The position numbers and the translations under genes are program-made. A stretch of DNA of 64,000 nt, from NCBI GenBank assembly GCA_036395015.1, contig DASWDZ010000084.1, forward strand, positions 6,151-70,150. Reading direction: 5' to 3'. Shown piece by piece: positions 9,144-18,248 of the stretch (positions within the stretch are counted from its first letter, which is position 1; each line of letters opens with the position of its first letter). Origin of the DNA: Candidatus Dormiibacterota bacterium (GTDB lineage: Bacteria; Chloroflexota; Dormibacteria; Dormibacterales; Dormibacteraceae). Under the pieces are notes generated by a model that saw only the letters and a list, made by a program, of their open reading frames with translations, ran no database searches and was not told where the DNA came from.

Positions 9144-9244
9144 AAACCCCCCTCTCGGCGCAACGCTTGGCGCGGTGGCTTCAACGTCTGGTGACGGTCG
9201 GAATGAATCCGGCCTGCGCGCGGCGCGGGTCCAGGTCCGACGGA

Positions 9245-10153
9245 TCAACCTTTGAGGCTGCCGGCGGTCACTCCCTGGATGAAGAAGCGCTGGAAGGCGA
9301 TGAACAGCGCGACGATCGGCAGCACGACCAGCGTGGACGCGGCCATCAGAAGGTTGTAGGTCACATCGTGCGACTGCCGGTAGAACTGCAGCCCGATCGA
9401 CAGCGGGTAGACGCTCTCGTCCTGCAGGAAAAGCAGCGGGGTGAGGAACTCGCCCCACGCCTGGACCGCCGCAAAGATAACCACGGCCGCGACCGCGGGC
9501 CTGGCCAGCGGAAGGATCACATGCCAGAAGACCTGAAACTCGTTCGCGCCATCGATGCGCGCGGCTTCTGAGATCTCGTTGGGCAGGCTCAGGTAGAACT
9601 GCCTCATCAGAAAGATGAAGAACGGGCTGCCGAAGAACGCGGGCACGATCAAGGGCAGGAAGGTGTTGATCCAGCCGAGCTTGGCGAAGATGTCGAACAA
9701 GGCGACGATCAGGACCGGGAACGGGAGGAAGATCGTCGCCATACAGATGCCGAAGAGGAAATCCCTTCCCGGCCACTTGATCCTCGAAAAGCCATAAGCG
9801 ATCAGTGGGTTCGAGATCGCTGCGCCCAGCGTGGCGCCGGTGGTCAGGATGATCGAGTTCAGCAGGAAGGTGCCGAACGGCACGTACTGGACGGCTTTGA
9901 CGAAGTTCCCCCACTCGAAGACCTTGGGAATCAAGGTCGGTGGGAACTGCGTGAGCTCGGCCGTCGTTTTCACCGCCGAGTTCAGCATCCAGTAGAAGGG
10001 CAGGACGAACAACGCGCACGCGATGATCAGACCGACGCGGACGAGGATCGACTTGGGCAGCAGTTGCGAGAGCAGAGGCGGGCGCGGAGCAGGCAACCGC
10101 TCGACGGTGATCTGCGGTCGAGCGGCGTCTCGGATCTCGCGTGCGGTTGCCAT
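9245..10153 (-). CDS. Carbohydrate ABC transporter permease (MalG/UgpE-like)
   Basis: Multi-TM protein with the EAA-loop region EAARIDGANEFQVFWHVILPL. Confidence 0.9.
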   Translation of the reverse strand: MATAREIRDAARPQITVERLPAPRPPLLSQLLPKSILVRVGLIIACALFVLPFYWMLNSAVKTTAELTQFPPTLIPKVFEWGNFVKAVQYVPFGTFLLNSIILTTGATLGAAISNPLIAYGFSRIKWPGRDFLFGICMATIFLPFPVLIVALFDIFAKLGWINTFLPLIVPAFFGSPFFIFLMRQFYLSLPNEISEAARIDGANEFQVFWHVILPLARPAVAAVVIFAAVQAWGEFLTPLLFLQDESVYPLSIGLQFYRQSHDVTYNLLMAASTLVVLPIVALFIAFQRFFIQGVTAGSLKG

Positions 10154-10156
10154 TCG

Positions 10157-11116
10157 CTAGGCGCCCTCATAGTGGACCCACTGTCGGGACCAACGCATGA
10201 TGATGAGCGCCAGGACGATGCTGATCAGGAACAGCACCCAGGCCATCGCCGACGCGTAACCCATATCGCTGTACTGAAACGCGTTCTTGTACAGGTAGAA
10301 GACGTAGAACAAGAGCGAGTTCTCCGGCCCCGCCGTGTAGGCCGCGCCACCGCTCGTGCCGCCGACCAGGATGTAGGCCGGAGTGAAGATCTGCAGACCG
10401 AGGATCGTGCCGTACAAGAGGTCATAGAGGATGACCGGGGTGATCAGCGGCATTGTGACGTGCCAGAAACGTCGCAGCGGACCCGCGCCCTCGAGCCTAG
10501 CCGCCTCGTAGAGCTCGGTCGGCACCGCGCGCAGAGCGGCGAGGAAGATCAGGGCCGGGCCACCCGCGCCGAGCTGGGCGAGGAGGACGACCGAGATCTT
10601 GGTCCACCTGGCCTCGCCAAGCCAGTTGATCGTCGGCACGTGAAACAGGCTGAGGAACCAGTTGACGAAGCCGAACCCTGGGTTGAGGAGGACGATGAAG
10701 ATGAAGGTCAGGGCGAACAGCGGGAGAATCGAGGGCAGATAAAACGCAGCCCGGTAGATGGCGACCTCTCTGACGTTCTGGTTCATCAGCATGGCGAGCA
10801 CGATCGCCACCACGAGGCCGATGGGGACCGCTAGCGCGGTGTAGTAGAGCGTGTTGTACAGCGATTGAAAGAAGAGCGGGTCGCTGAACATGTGCTGGTA
10901 GTTCTTGAAGCCGACCGGCACCGCGTCGCCGAAGCCTGAGTACTGCTGGAAGCTCAGATAGAGCGAGTAGACGATCGGGTAGATCGTGAACGCAAAAAAC
11001 CCGATGATCCAGGGCAGTACGAACGGCGCGGCCGTGCGCAGCTGCCGCCAGTCGGCCGACGTCAGGCGCGGAAGCCGGGGAGCGGCGATCACCGCCGCTC
11101 CCCAGTGACTCTGCAC
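10157..11116 (-). CDS. Carbohydrate ABC transporter permease (MalF/UgpA-like)
   Basis: Multi-TM protein with the EAA-loop region YEAARLEGAGPLRRFWHVTMPL. Confidence 0.9.
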   Translation of the reverse strand: MQSHWGAAVIAAPRLPRLTSADWRQLRTAAPFVLPWIIGFFAFTIYPIVYSLYLSFQQYSGFGDAVPVGFKNYQHMFSDPLFFQSLYNTLYYTALAVPIGLVVAIVLAMLMNQNVREVAIYRAAFYLPSILPLFALTFIFIVLLNPGFGFVNWFLSLFHVPTINWLGEARWTKISVVLLAQLGAGGPALIFLAALRAVPTELYEAARLEGAGPLRRFWHVTMPLITPVILYDLLYGTILGLQIFTPAYILVGGTSGGAAYTAGPENSLLFYVFYLYKNAFQYSDMGYASAMAWVLFLISIVLALIIMRWSRQWVHYEGA

Positions 11117-11148
11117 ATCACTGCGGAGTCATCTCCCATCGAGAACTT

Positions 11149-12492
11149 CTACGGCAACGGGCAGTACTGCTTCAGCTTGTCGTTGGTTGCGCTGGCGGCA
11201 GCCGCAAGCGCCGATGCGGGGTCTTTGGTGTTGCGGACGGCAGCGTCCTGCGCCGTGCTCAGCTGGTCCCAGTAAAACGCTCCTACGGGCAACGGCGGCC
11301 GGCTGTGCGCCGCAGGAAGCTGCTTCTGGAAGAACTGGTGGTCACCAGGAAACAGGCTCGCGTCCTGGTCCAACGCCTTGATTACCGGCGTGTGCTGCGT
11401 GTCCTTGACGTATTGCCGCTGGCCCGGTTCGCCGGCGATGTACTTCAAGAAGTCGTACCCGGCTTTGGGGTTCTTGGCGCCCTTCGGGATCACATCCGAC
11501 CAACCACCGGCCCACGTGGCAGGCTGGTCGCCCTGGTTGGGCACCGGGATGTAGGTGACGCCGTACTGCAGATTCGGGGTGTAGGTCTTGATGTTGCCGA
11601 GGACCCAGTCACCGCTGATCATGAAGGCCACCTTGCCGAGCAGGAACATGTTCTGCTGCTCCGGCTGGTTCGGGGGAGAGAACGTGCTGAGGAAGGTCTG
11701 CGTCTGGCTCACGCCGAGCGACCTGGACCAATTCCAGAACATGTCTGTGAAAGCCTTCACGATCTTGGGGTCGTCGGGAGTGACCTTGCAGGCGCTCTTG
11801 TCGAAGAAGCTGCCTCCGTAGACAAAGCCCCATGTGTAGTGCCAGCCCTGCTGCCACCACGGGATGAAGCCGACCTGGGTGTACTTGCCCGACGAATCCT
11901 TCTTGTTGACCTTGTCCGCCATCGCCTTGATGGTGGCAATCGTGGGCGGACCCTTTGCCGGGTCGAGCGCGCTCAGGTCTGTGACGCCGGCCTGCTGCAG
12001 AACTGTCTTGTTGTAGTAGAGCGCGCGGGTGTCGGTGTCGAAGGGAAGCGCGTACGGCTTGCCCTTGAAGAGGGCCTCCTGCCACGCGAAATCGACGTAC
12101 TGGCTGGCGAGGTCGGCCGCGCCGTACTGGCTCAGGTCTTCGAGCACGCCTGCGGCGGCGCGCTCGGCGACCGTAAAGCGGTCGAGCATGTAGACATCCG
12201 GGCCCGTGCCGCCCCGGACCGCGGTGGTCAGCTTGGCGATGTCGGTCTCGGAACCTGGGACCTGGACCATCTTTACGCAGCCCACCGAGCTCTGGGCGTT
12301 ATAGGCGTTTACGATCGTCCTCAGGCTGTCGGAGTCGGGCGGCGTGTGCGAGGTCCAGAAGGTGACCAGGCTCGTGCCCGACTTACACCCGGCGAGCGGA
12401 GGACCCGACTGCCCACCGCCCCCACCGCAGGCGGTGACCACGAGTAACGAGAGAATCATCAATCGAATCCCTCGTCCGGGAAGTAATGCCAT
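11149..12492 (-). CDS. Extracellular sugar-binding lipoprotein of the ABC transporter (family 1 SBP)
   Basis: Signal peptide with a lipobox (LLVVTAC) followed by a Gly-rich linker, and an SBP_bac_1-like body. Confidence 0.9.
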   Translation of the reverse strand: MALLPGRGIRLMILSLLVVTACGGGGGQSGPPLAGCKSGTSLVTFWTSHTPPDSDSLRTIVNAYNAQSSVGCVKMVQVPGSETDIAKLTTAVRGGTGPDVYMLDRFTVAERAAAGVLEDLSQYGAADLASQYVDFAWQEALFKGKPYALPFDTDTRALYYNKTVLQQAGVTDLSALDPAKGPPTIATIKAMADKVNKKDSSGKYTQVGFIPWWQQGWHYTWGFVYGGSFFDKSACKVTPDDPKIVKAFTDMFWNWSRSLGVSQTQTFLSTFSPPNQPEQQNMFLLGKVAFMISGDWVLGNIKTYTPNLQYGVTYIPVPNQGDQPATWAGGWSDVIPKGAKNPKAGYDFLKYIAGEPGQRQYVKDTQHTPVIKALDQDASLFPGDHQFFQKQLPAAHSRPPLPVGAFYWDQLSTAQDAAVRNTKDPASALAAAASATNDKLKQYCPLP

Positions 12493-12699
12493 TGCGTCCC
12501 ACCTCCGTCACTGACGATCCCCCGCGCCTTCTTCCCGGCAGGCCGTTCCGCAACAGCCGGGGCGAGAGCGCGCCGGCGCGGGGCTACCTTTACTCCCCAC
12601 CGAGGAATATCGACCAGCGGCGCGGCGATGTCAACTTGTCGCCTCGATCGGCCGCGGCACCGCCTGCTTCCCTCGGCGTGGCCGAGGCTAGCACGGCGA

Positions 12700-12743
12700 A
12701 TATGACATGTCAAGATCGGCCAAACAGCCATAACATGTCATAT
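12700..12743. promoter_or_regulatory. Candidate operator pair / divergent promoter region
   Basis: ATATGACATG (12700-12709) is the exact reverse complement of CATGTCATAT (12734-12743). TGACATGTCA (12703-12712) is itself a perfect palindrome. This AT-rich patch sits 13 nt upstream of the regulator ATG. Confidence 0.45.
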
Positions 12744-12755
12744 GGCATCGCCTAG

Positions 12756-13877
12756 ATGAGCCAGCACCGCCACCTGCTGTATGAGCGCCTCTACACCTAT
12801 GTCGTGGACGAGATCCGCAAGGGCACCCTGCGCAGCGGCGATCGAGTTCCGTCCGAGAAAGAGCTTGCGCGCGCGCACCAAGTCAGCCGAATCACCTCGA
12901 TGCGGGCTCTCCAGAACCTGCAGCGGGCCGGCATCGTGGAAAGGATCCGCGGCAAGGGGACATTTGTCGCAAGTGATGCGGAACGACTGGCCGCGCTGTC
13001 GCACGACGGCCGCGAGCGGCCGCGGCGCGACCGCCGGTCGACGTCGCAGATCGCATTCCTGCTGCCCGACGTCTCGCTCGCGTACGGCCTCGAGCTGCTG
13101 AAAGCAGTCGAGAAGCGCGCGGGTGAAGCCGACTTCAGCGTGGTGGTGAGGCGGACCATCGGCCTGCAGGACATCGAAGAGCAGGCCATCGACAAATTGG
13201 TCCGCGGGCGGTCCGTCGACGGCCTGGTCGTATTCCCGGTCAATGGCGAGTTCTACAACGCGAGCCTGCTCAGGCTTGCGCTCGAGAAGTATCCCCTCGT
13301 CCTCGTCGACCGCTACCTCAAAGGCATCGCCGCCACCGCCGTCTACACCGACAACGCGGCCGCAGCGCGAGAGCTCACCGGATTCGTGCTCGATCGCGGC
13401 CACGACAAAGTGGCGTTCGTGTCCTCGCATCCTGAACACACCTCGAGCATCGAGGACAGGCTCGATGGGTTCAGGACAGCGTTCAGCGAGCGTGGCCTCG
13501 GTCTCGAGGGACAGCATCTGCTCACAGGCTTGACCGGCGTCATCCCCTCAGCGGGGGGCGGGACCCCTGCCGACCACGCGGCGATCGAGGCGTTCGTCAA
13601 GCAGCACAGGTCGATCACCGGCTTCGTCGCCTCCGAACACTGGATGGCCCTCCTGCTCCACGACTCTCTTCGCCGGCGCGGACGGCTCCGGCAGACCACG
13701 GTGGTCTGCTTCGACTCGCCCCGCGACCCGCTGGTCGAGCCGCGCTTCACGCACATCCAGCAGAACGAGGCCGAGATGGGACGCAAAGCAGTCGACCTGC
13801 TGCTCGCGCAGCTCGACGGGCAGCAGACCCCGAGCCAGTCGATCGTCCCCCATGAGCTGGTGAAACTCCCCACCTGA
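12756..13877 (+). CDS. AraR-type transcriptional regulator (GntR winged-helix N-terminus + LacI/PBP1 sugar-binding domain)
   Basis: The N-terminus PSEKELARAHQVSRITSMRALQNLQRAGIVERIRGKGTFV is a GntR HTH. The C-terminal ~280 aa resemble a LacI-type ligand domain. Confidence 0.85.
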   Translation: MSQHRHLLYERLYTYVVDEIRKGTLRSGDRVPSEKELARAHQVSRITSMRALQNLQRAGIVERIRGKGTFVASDAERLAALSHDGRERPRRDRRSTSQIAFLLPDVSLAYGLELLKAVEKRAGEADFSVVVRRTIGLQDIEEQAIDKLVRGRSVDGLVVFPVNGEFYNASLLRLALEKYPLVLVDRYLKGIAATAVYTDNAAAARELTGFVLDRGHDKVAFVSSHPEHTSSIEDRLDGFRTAFSERGLGLEGQHLLTGLTGVIPSAGGGTPADHAAIEAFVKQHRSITGFVASEHWMALLLHDSLRRRGRLRQTTVVCFDSPRDPLVEPRFTHIQQNEAEMGRKAVDLLLAQLDGQQTPSQSIVPHELVKLPT

Positions 13878-13894
13878 GCCGCCGCACACCCCGC

Positions 13895-15295
13895 GTGATC
13901 ACGCGGAGGCGCTTCCTGGCCGGCCTGGGGGGCGCCGCCCTCACCCTCGGCGGGGCTGCGCTCTGGTTCGCGCGGAGCCGGCCTGCGCCCGTGATGCCTC
14001 CCGCCGACCAGATCGCAGCCGACGTCCGGTCGGAGCTCCTGCGGGCCTGGCGCGCCTACGAGCGGCTGGCCTGGGGCCACGACGAGCTGAAGCCACTGTC
14101 GGGTGGTCACCAGGAGTTCTTCAACCGCGGTCACCCGGTCGGTCTCACGATCGCCGAGGCGTTGGACACGCTCTACGTGATGGGCCTCGACGCCGAGCTG
14201 GACGCCTCGGTGCGATGGATCGAGACGCAACTCGAGCTGGACATCGACGCCCCGGTCCAGGTCTTCGAGACCGTGATCAGGATGCTCGGCGGCCTCCTCG
14301 CCGGCCACCTGGCGACCCAGAACAGGACGCTGCTGGCCAAGGCGCGGGAGCTTGCCGATCGCCTCCTGCCCGCCTTCACCACGTCGCCGACGGGCATGCC
14401 ATACCGCTTCGTGAACCTGCATTCCGGCGCCGTCAGCACGCCCGCGAATTACGTCGCCGAGGTCGGGACGAATCTCGCCGAGTTCGGCATCCTGAGCAGG
14501 CTCGTCGGCGACGACCGCTACCTCAAGGTCGCCAAGCAGGCCGCTCGGGCCGTCTACGACCGCCGCTCGACGCTCGACCTGCTCGGGACCACGATCGACG
14601 TCGAGACCGGCGGCTGGCTCGACGCCCTATCGGTCGGCCCGCAGCCGCCGGTCGACTCCTATTACGAGTACCTGTACGACGGCTACCGGCTGTTCGGAGA
14701 TGCCGACCTTCTGGCGTGGTTCACGACGTTGACCGCCGGCCTCCAGCGCCGGCAGTGGGACGAGGTGGCCGGGCGCGGCTGGTACCGGCAGGTGCAGTTC
14801 CAATCGGGAACGCAGCTCAACACCTACGAATCGTCGCTGGCCGCCTTCTGGGCCGGAAGCCTCGGCGAGGCCGGCATGCGGAAGGAGGCCGACCAGGTGC
14901 TGGAGGCGTTTCGCTCGGTGCTCGACCGTTACGGTCTGCTCCCAGAGCAGTTCGACTACAGCGATATGTCGATCCGTGATCCCGGCCACCAGCTGCGGCC
15001 GGAATACGCGGACTCGTGCCTCGCCCTTTTCATCACGAGCGGCGGTTCAGACCTGTATCGCCGTCGTGCCTATCAGCTTTACCAGGCGATGAAGAGTTAC
15101 TGCCGCGTGCCGAACGGCTACACGATCATCGACGACATCACGGCCCGGCCGATGTCGCTGGGCGACCTCACGCCGGCCTACTGGTTCGCCGAGAACATGA
15201 AGTACTTCTATTTGCTGTTCGCCGAGTCGCCACGCTTCGACTACAAGCACAACTACCTGAGCACCGAGGGCAAGATCCTGGTCGGCCTGCGCTAG
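13895..15295 (+). CDS. Glycoside hydrolase family 47 alpha-1,2-mannosidase with Tat signal
   Basis: Twin-arginine signal MITRRRFLAGLGGAAL. GH47 blocks: AWGHDELKPLS, FETVIRMLGGLLAGH, LAEFGILSRL, DSYYEYL, LRPEYADS, FAENMKYFYLLF. Confidence 0.9.
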   Translation: MITRRRFLAGLGGAALTLGGAALWFARSRPAPVMPPADQIAADVRSELLRAWRAYERLAWGHDELKPLSGGHQEFFNRGHPVGLTIAEALDTLYVMGLDAELDASVRWIETQLELDIDAPVQVFETVIRMLGGLLAGHLATQNRTLLAKARELADRLLPAFTTSPTGMPYRFVNLHSGAVSTPANYVAEVGTNLAEFGILSRLVGDDRYLKVAKQAARAVYDRRSTLDLLGTTIDVETGGWLDALSVGPQPPVDSYYEYLYDGYRLFGDADLLAWFTTLTAGLQRRQWDEVAGRGWYRQVQFQSGTQLNTYESSLAAFWAGSLGEAGMRKEADQVLEAFRSVLDRYGLLPEQFDYSDMSIRDPGHQLRPEYADSCLALFITSGGSDLYRRRAYQLYQAMKSYCRVPNGYTIIDDITARPMSLGDLTPAYWFAENMKYFYLLFAESPRFDYKHNYLSTEGKILVGLR

Positions 15296-16332
15296 GCCAG
15301 TTTCGCGCGTTCGGCCGCATTCTCGGCGAGCAGGCGGTAAGGGTAGTCGGGCGTCGGCGGAGCGCTCACCTCGTCGAGGCGCGAGCGCTGGTCTTCGCTC
15401 AACGTGACGTCGGCGGCCAGGAGGTTGTCGGCGATCTGCTCTGCGGTCCGGGCTCCGAGCAGCGGCGCCGCCACGCCGGGGCGATCGGCGAGCCAGCGCA
15501 GCGCGACACGCGCCGGCGGCACGCCGAGCTCGGATGCGACCGCTTCCACCGCCTCGACGATCCGCCACGTGCGTTCGACGTTGCGGCGCGCATAGCCTTC
15601 CACGCCGCGGTTGGGATCCTCACCCAGTCGAGTCGCACCGGCGGGCGCCGCGTCGCGGCGGTACTTGCCAGACAGCCAGCCCTGGCCGAGCGGTCCCCAG
15701 GGAATGATGCTCAACCGGTGCTCGAGGCAGACCGGCACCAGCTCCCACTCGATCTCGCGGGCGAGCATGTTGTACTGCGGCTGCAGCGAGATCGGAATCG
15801 AGACGCCCATCTGCTTCGCCGTCTGAACCGTGCGCTCGAGCTGCCACCCCGTGAAGTTCGAAACCCCGATGTAGCGCACCTTGCCCGACCGTACGAGCGC
15901 ATCGAAGGCGGCAAGCGAGTCCTCGATGGGCGTCGCGGGATCCCACTGATGGGCTTGATAGAGGTCGATGTAGTCGGTCTGCAGGCGCCGCAGGCTGTCG
16001 TCGCACGCGCGGATGATCCATCGCCGCGACAGGCCCTCCGAGTTGCCCGAGTCGTCCATCCGGCCGCGGCACTTCGTGGCCAGGACGATCGCATCGCGCA
16101 CGGCCGGGCGCCGGCTGAGCCAGCGCCCGATGATCTCTTCCGAGGTGCCCTTGGGTCCCGCCGGGGGGTAGACGTCGGCTGTGTCGACCAGGTTGCCGCC
16201 CGCATCCACGTAACGATCGAGGATCTCGCCCGCCGCCGCCTCGGGGGCCTCCTGCCCGAAGGTCATGGTGCCGAGCGCGAACTCCGTCACCAACACGCCC
16301 GTCCGGCCCAACAAGCGTTTGCGCATCGTCAT
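15292..16332 (-). CDS. Aldo/keto reductase
   Basis: MTMRKRLLGRTGVLVTEFALGTMTFG and NLVDTADVY motifs. The ATG at 16332 overlaps the upstream stop as ATGA. Confidence 0.85.
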   Translation of the reverse strand: MTMRKRLLGRTGVLVTEFALGTMTFGQEAPEAAAGEILDRYVDAGGNLVDTADVYPPAGPKGTSEEIIGRWLSRRPAVRDAIVLATKCRGRMDDSGNSEGLSRRWIIRACDDSLRRLQTDYIDLYQAHQWDPATPIEDSLAAFDALVRSGKVRYIGVSNFTGWQLERTVQTAKQMGVSIPISLQPQYNMLAREIEWELVPVCLEHRLSIIPWGPLGQGWLSGKYRRDAAPAGATRLGEDPNRGVEGYARRNVERTWRIVEAVEAVASELGVPPARVALRWLADRPGVAAPLLGARTAEQIADNLLAADVTLSEDQRSRLDEVSAPPTPDYPYRLLAENAAERAKLA

Positions 16333-17096
16333 CCTCCCCATCCCAGGTCCGCCACGAGCTTGGTCAGGTTCGCGTGGCTGATCGCCACGCTGTCCAGGGG
16401 GTCGCGTCGCGGGTTGTCCTGCTCGACGACGAGCCACCGGGTCTCGGCGTCGCGGCATGCGGCAAGGATGTCCAGCCAGTCCAGGTTGCCCTCGCCGATC
16501 TCGGCGTCGAAGGGGTTGCCTTGATCGACCGCCAGGTCCTTGAGATGGACGAGCGGGACCCGCCGCTGGAAGCGCCGGATCCAGGCTGCCGGGTTGGCGC
16601 CCCCGTACTGGAGCCAGTACGTGTCCAGCTCCGCCTGCAGAACATCGCCATTGCTGGCTCCGAACAGCGTCTCCAGTCCCGTCTGGTCGCCGTATCTCTC
16701 GAGCTCGTGGGCGTGGTTGTGATAGGCGAGACGCAATCCAGACGCCTTCAACCGACCGGCGAGGTCAGCGGCCTCCACCGCGAAACGGCGGTAGCCGTCC
16801 AGCGACCTGTATTCCTGCGGGAGGCTAGGGACGACGACGTATTCACAGCCCCAATCGCCGCATTCCGCGACCACGGCGTCGAAATCCGCGTTGAGCCGGT
16901 CCAGCCCGCAATGACAGGCGCAGGCGATGAGATCCGCGCTTCGCAGCTCCTCTCCGAATCGGTCGATCGTCGCCTTTCCGAGTCCAGCCACCTCGACTGC
17001 GCGATAGCCGATCTCGCGCACGCGCTTCAGCACACCACCGATCTGTTCTGGATCCTGAAGGAGAGTCCGCAGCGTGTACAGCTGAACCGCGATCAC
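16329..17096 (-). CDS. Sugar phosphate isomerase/epimerase family protein (xylose isomerase-like TIM barrel)
   Basis: IAVQLYTLR, EIGYRAVEV, LAYHNHAHE and HLKD motifs are typical of the AP_endonuc_2 / xylose-isomerase-like fold. The GTG at 17096 overlaps the upstream stop as GTGA. Confidence 0.8.
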   Translation of the reverse strand: MIAVQLYTLRTLLQDPEQIGGVLKRVREIGYRAVEVAGLGKATIDRFGEELRSADLIACACHCGLDRLNADFDAVVAECGDWGCEYVVVPSLPQEYRSLDGYRRFAVEAADLAGRLKASGLRLAYHNHAHELERYGDQTGLETLFGASNGDVLQAELDTYWLQYGGANPAAWIRRFQRRVPLVHLKDLAVDQGNPFDAEIGEGNLDWLDILAACRDAETRWLVVEQDNPRRDPLDSVAISHANLTKLVADLGWGG

Positions 17097-18208
17097 GGCG
17101 TCGCGACAAGGCCCGCGTCTTGCGGAAGCAGTCGGGGCCGGCGGCATGTGCTCGACACCGTGATGTGACGGCCGGCCGCATTCGATTCGACGATCGAAAG
17201 CAGGACGTCGAGGACGTGGTAGGCAAGCTCTCCGGAGGCACGCGGCGCCTCGCCCTGGCGTAGCGCTTGCGCCATCTCGATCACGCCGAGACCGCGGAAA
17301 TTCCTGGCACCGTCGGTGTGGCCGTACTGGAGCTCGATGTCTCGCCAGGTCGAATCCTCAGCGGTGGACCGGACCTTGACCGGGCCGCCGAAGGTGTTGG
17401 GATCCGGCACGCCCAGGATGGCCTCGGTGCAGTAGACCTGCATGTTGGGAAGATCGTGGCCCGAGATTCCAAAGCTGGTCACCAGCGTCGCCTGGGCGCC
17501 GCTCTCGAACTCGATCAAAGCCGCCACGAACGTGTCAGTGCTGACCTTGAACGTGTCGCCTGCACTCGGTCCGCGGTCGGCTCTTCGTTCCGGATAGAGG
17601 ATGCGCGACATCCCGGTGACGCGCTTGACCGGTCCCAGCAGACAGACGAGCGTGGTCACGTAGTACGGCCCGACGTCGAGCAGCGGACCGCCGCCCGGCT
17701 CATAGAAAAAAGACGGGTTGGGATGCCAGTTCTCAGGGCCCCGGTTGAGCATGAATCCGGAGGCGGCCAGCGGCTCGCCCACGTGTCCCTGCTCCATCAA
17801 CCACAGACACGTCTGAATCCCGGCCCCGAGGAACGTGTCGGGTGCGCCGCCGACGCTCAGGCCCCGCTCTGCGGCGACCTCGAGGACGCGCTGACCGAGC
17901 GCCCTGGTCGTGGCAAGCGGCTTTTCCGTGTACACGTGCTTTCCGGCCGCCAGGGCGGCGAGGCTGATCTCGGCGTGGGCGTTGGGGACGGTCAGGTTCA
18001 CGACCAGCTCGACCCGTGGATTCGCAAGGAGCTCATCCGTGGTCCCGGCGCGTGGGACACCGAACTCCGCAGCGCGCGCCCGGGCCGTTTCCAGGTTCTG
18101 GTCGGCACAGGCGACCACCTCCACGTGCGGGGACGCGGTCAGGTTGGAGAGGTACGGCTTGCTGACCGTTCCGCAGCCGACGATGCCGACCCCAAGGCGG
18201 TTGCTCAC
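17093..18208 (-). CDS. Gfo/Idh/MocA family oxidoreductase
   Basis: LGVGIVGCGTVS Rossmann motif and VYTEKPL. I prefer the GTG at 18208; alternatives are ATG 18250 and GTG 18268. Confidence 0.8.
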   Translation of the reverse strand: MSNRLGVGIVGCGTVSKPYLSNLTASPHVEVVACADQNLETARARAAEFGVPRAGTTDELLANPRVELVVNLTVPNAHAEISLAALAAGKHVYTEKPLATTRALGQRVLEVAAERGLSVGGAPDTFLGAGIQTCLWLMEQGHVGEPLAASGFMLNRGPENWHPNPSFFYEPGGGPLLDVGPYYVTTLVCLLGPVKRVTGMSRILYPERRADRGPSAGDTFKVSTDTFVAALIEFESGAQATLVTSFGISGHDLPNMQVYCTEAILGVPDPNTFGGPVKVRSTAEDSTWRDIELQYGHTDGARNFRGLGVIEMAQALRQGEAPRASGELAYHVLDVLLSIVESNAAGRHITVSSTCRRPRLLPQDAGLVATP

Positions 18209-18248
18209 TCGCGGCTCACCGGATAGACAGGCTAACGTTCTGGCTGGC

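Noticed and set aside
12493-12699. Riboswitch or leader peptide in the ~200-nt 5' region of the sugar-binding protein gene
   Set aside because: I could not recognise any known riboswitch core or a convincing small ORF. The GC-rich segments form only short, unremarkable pairings by eye.
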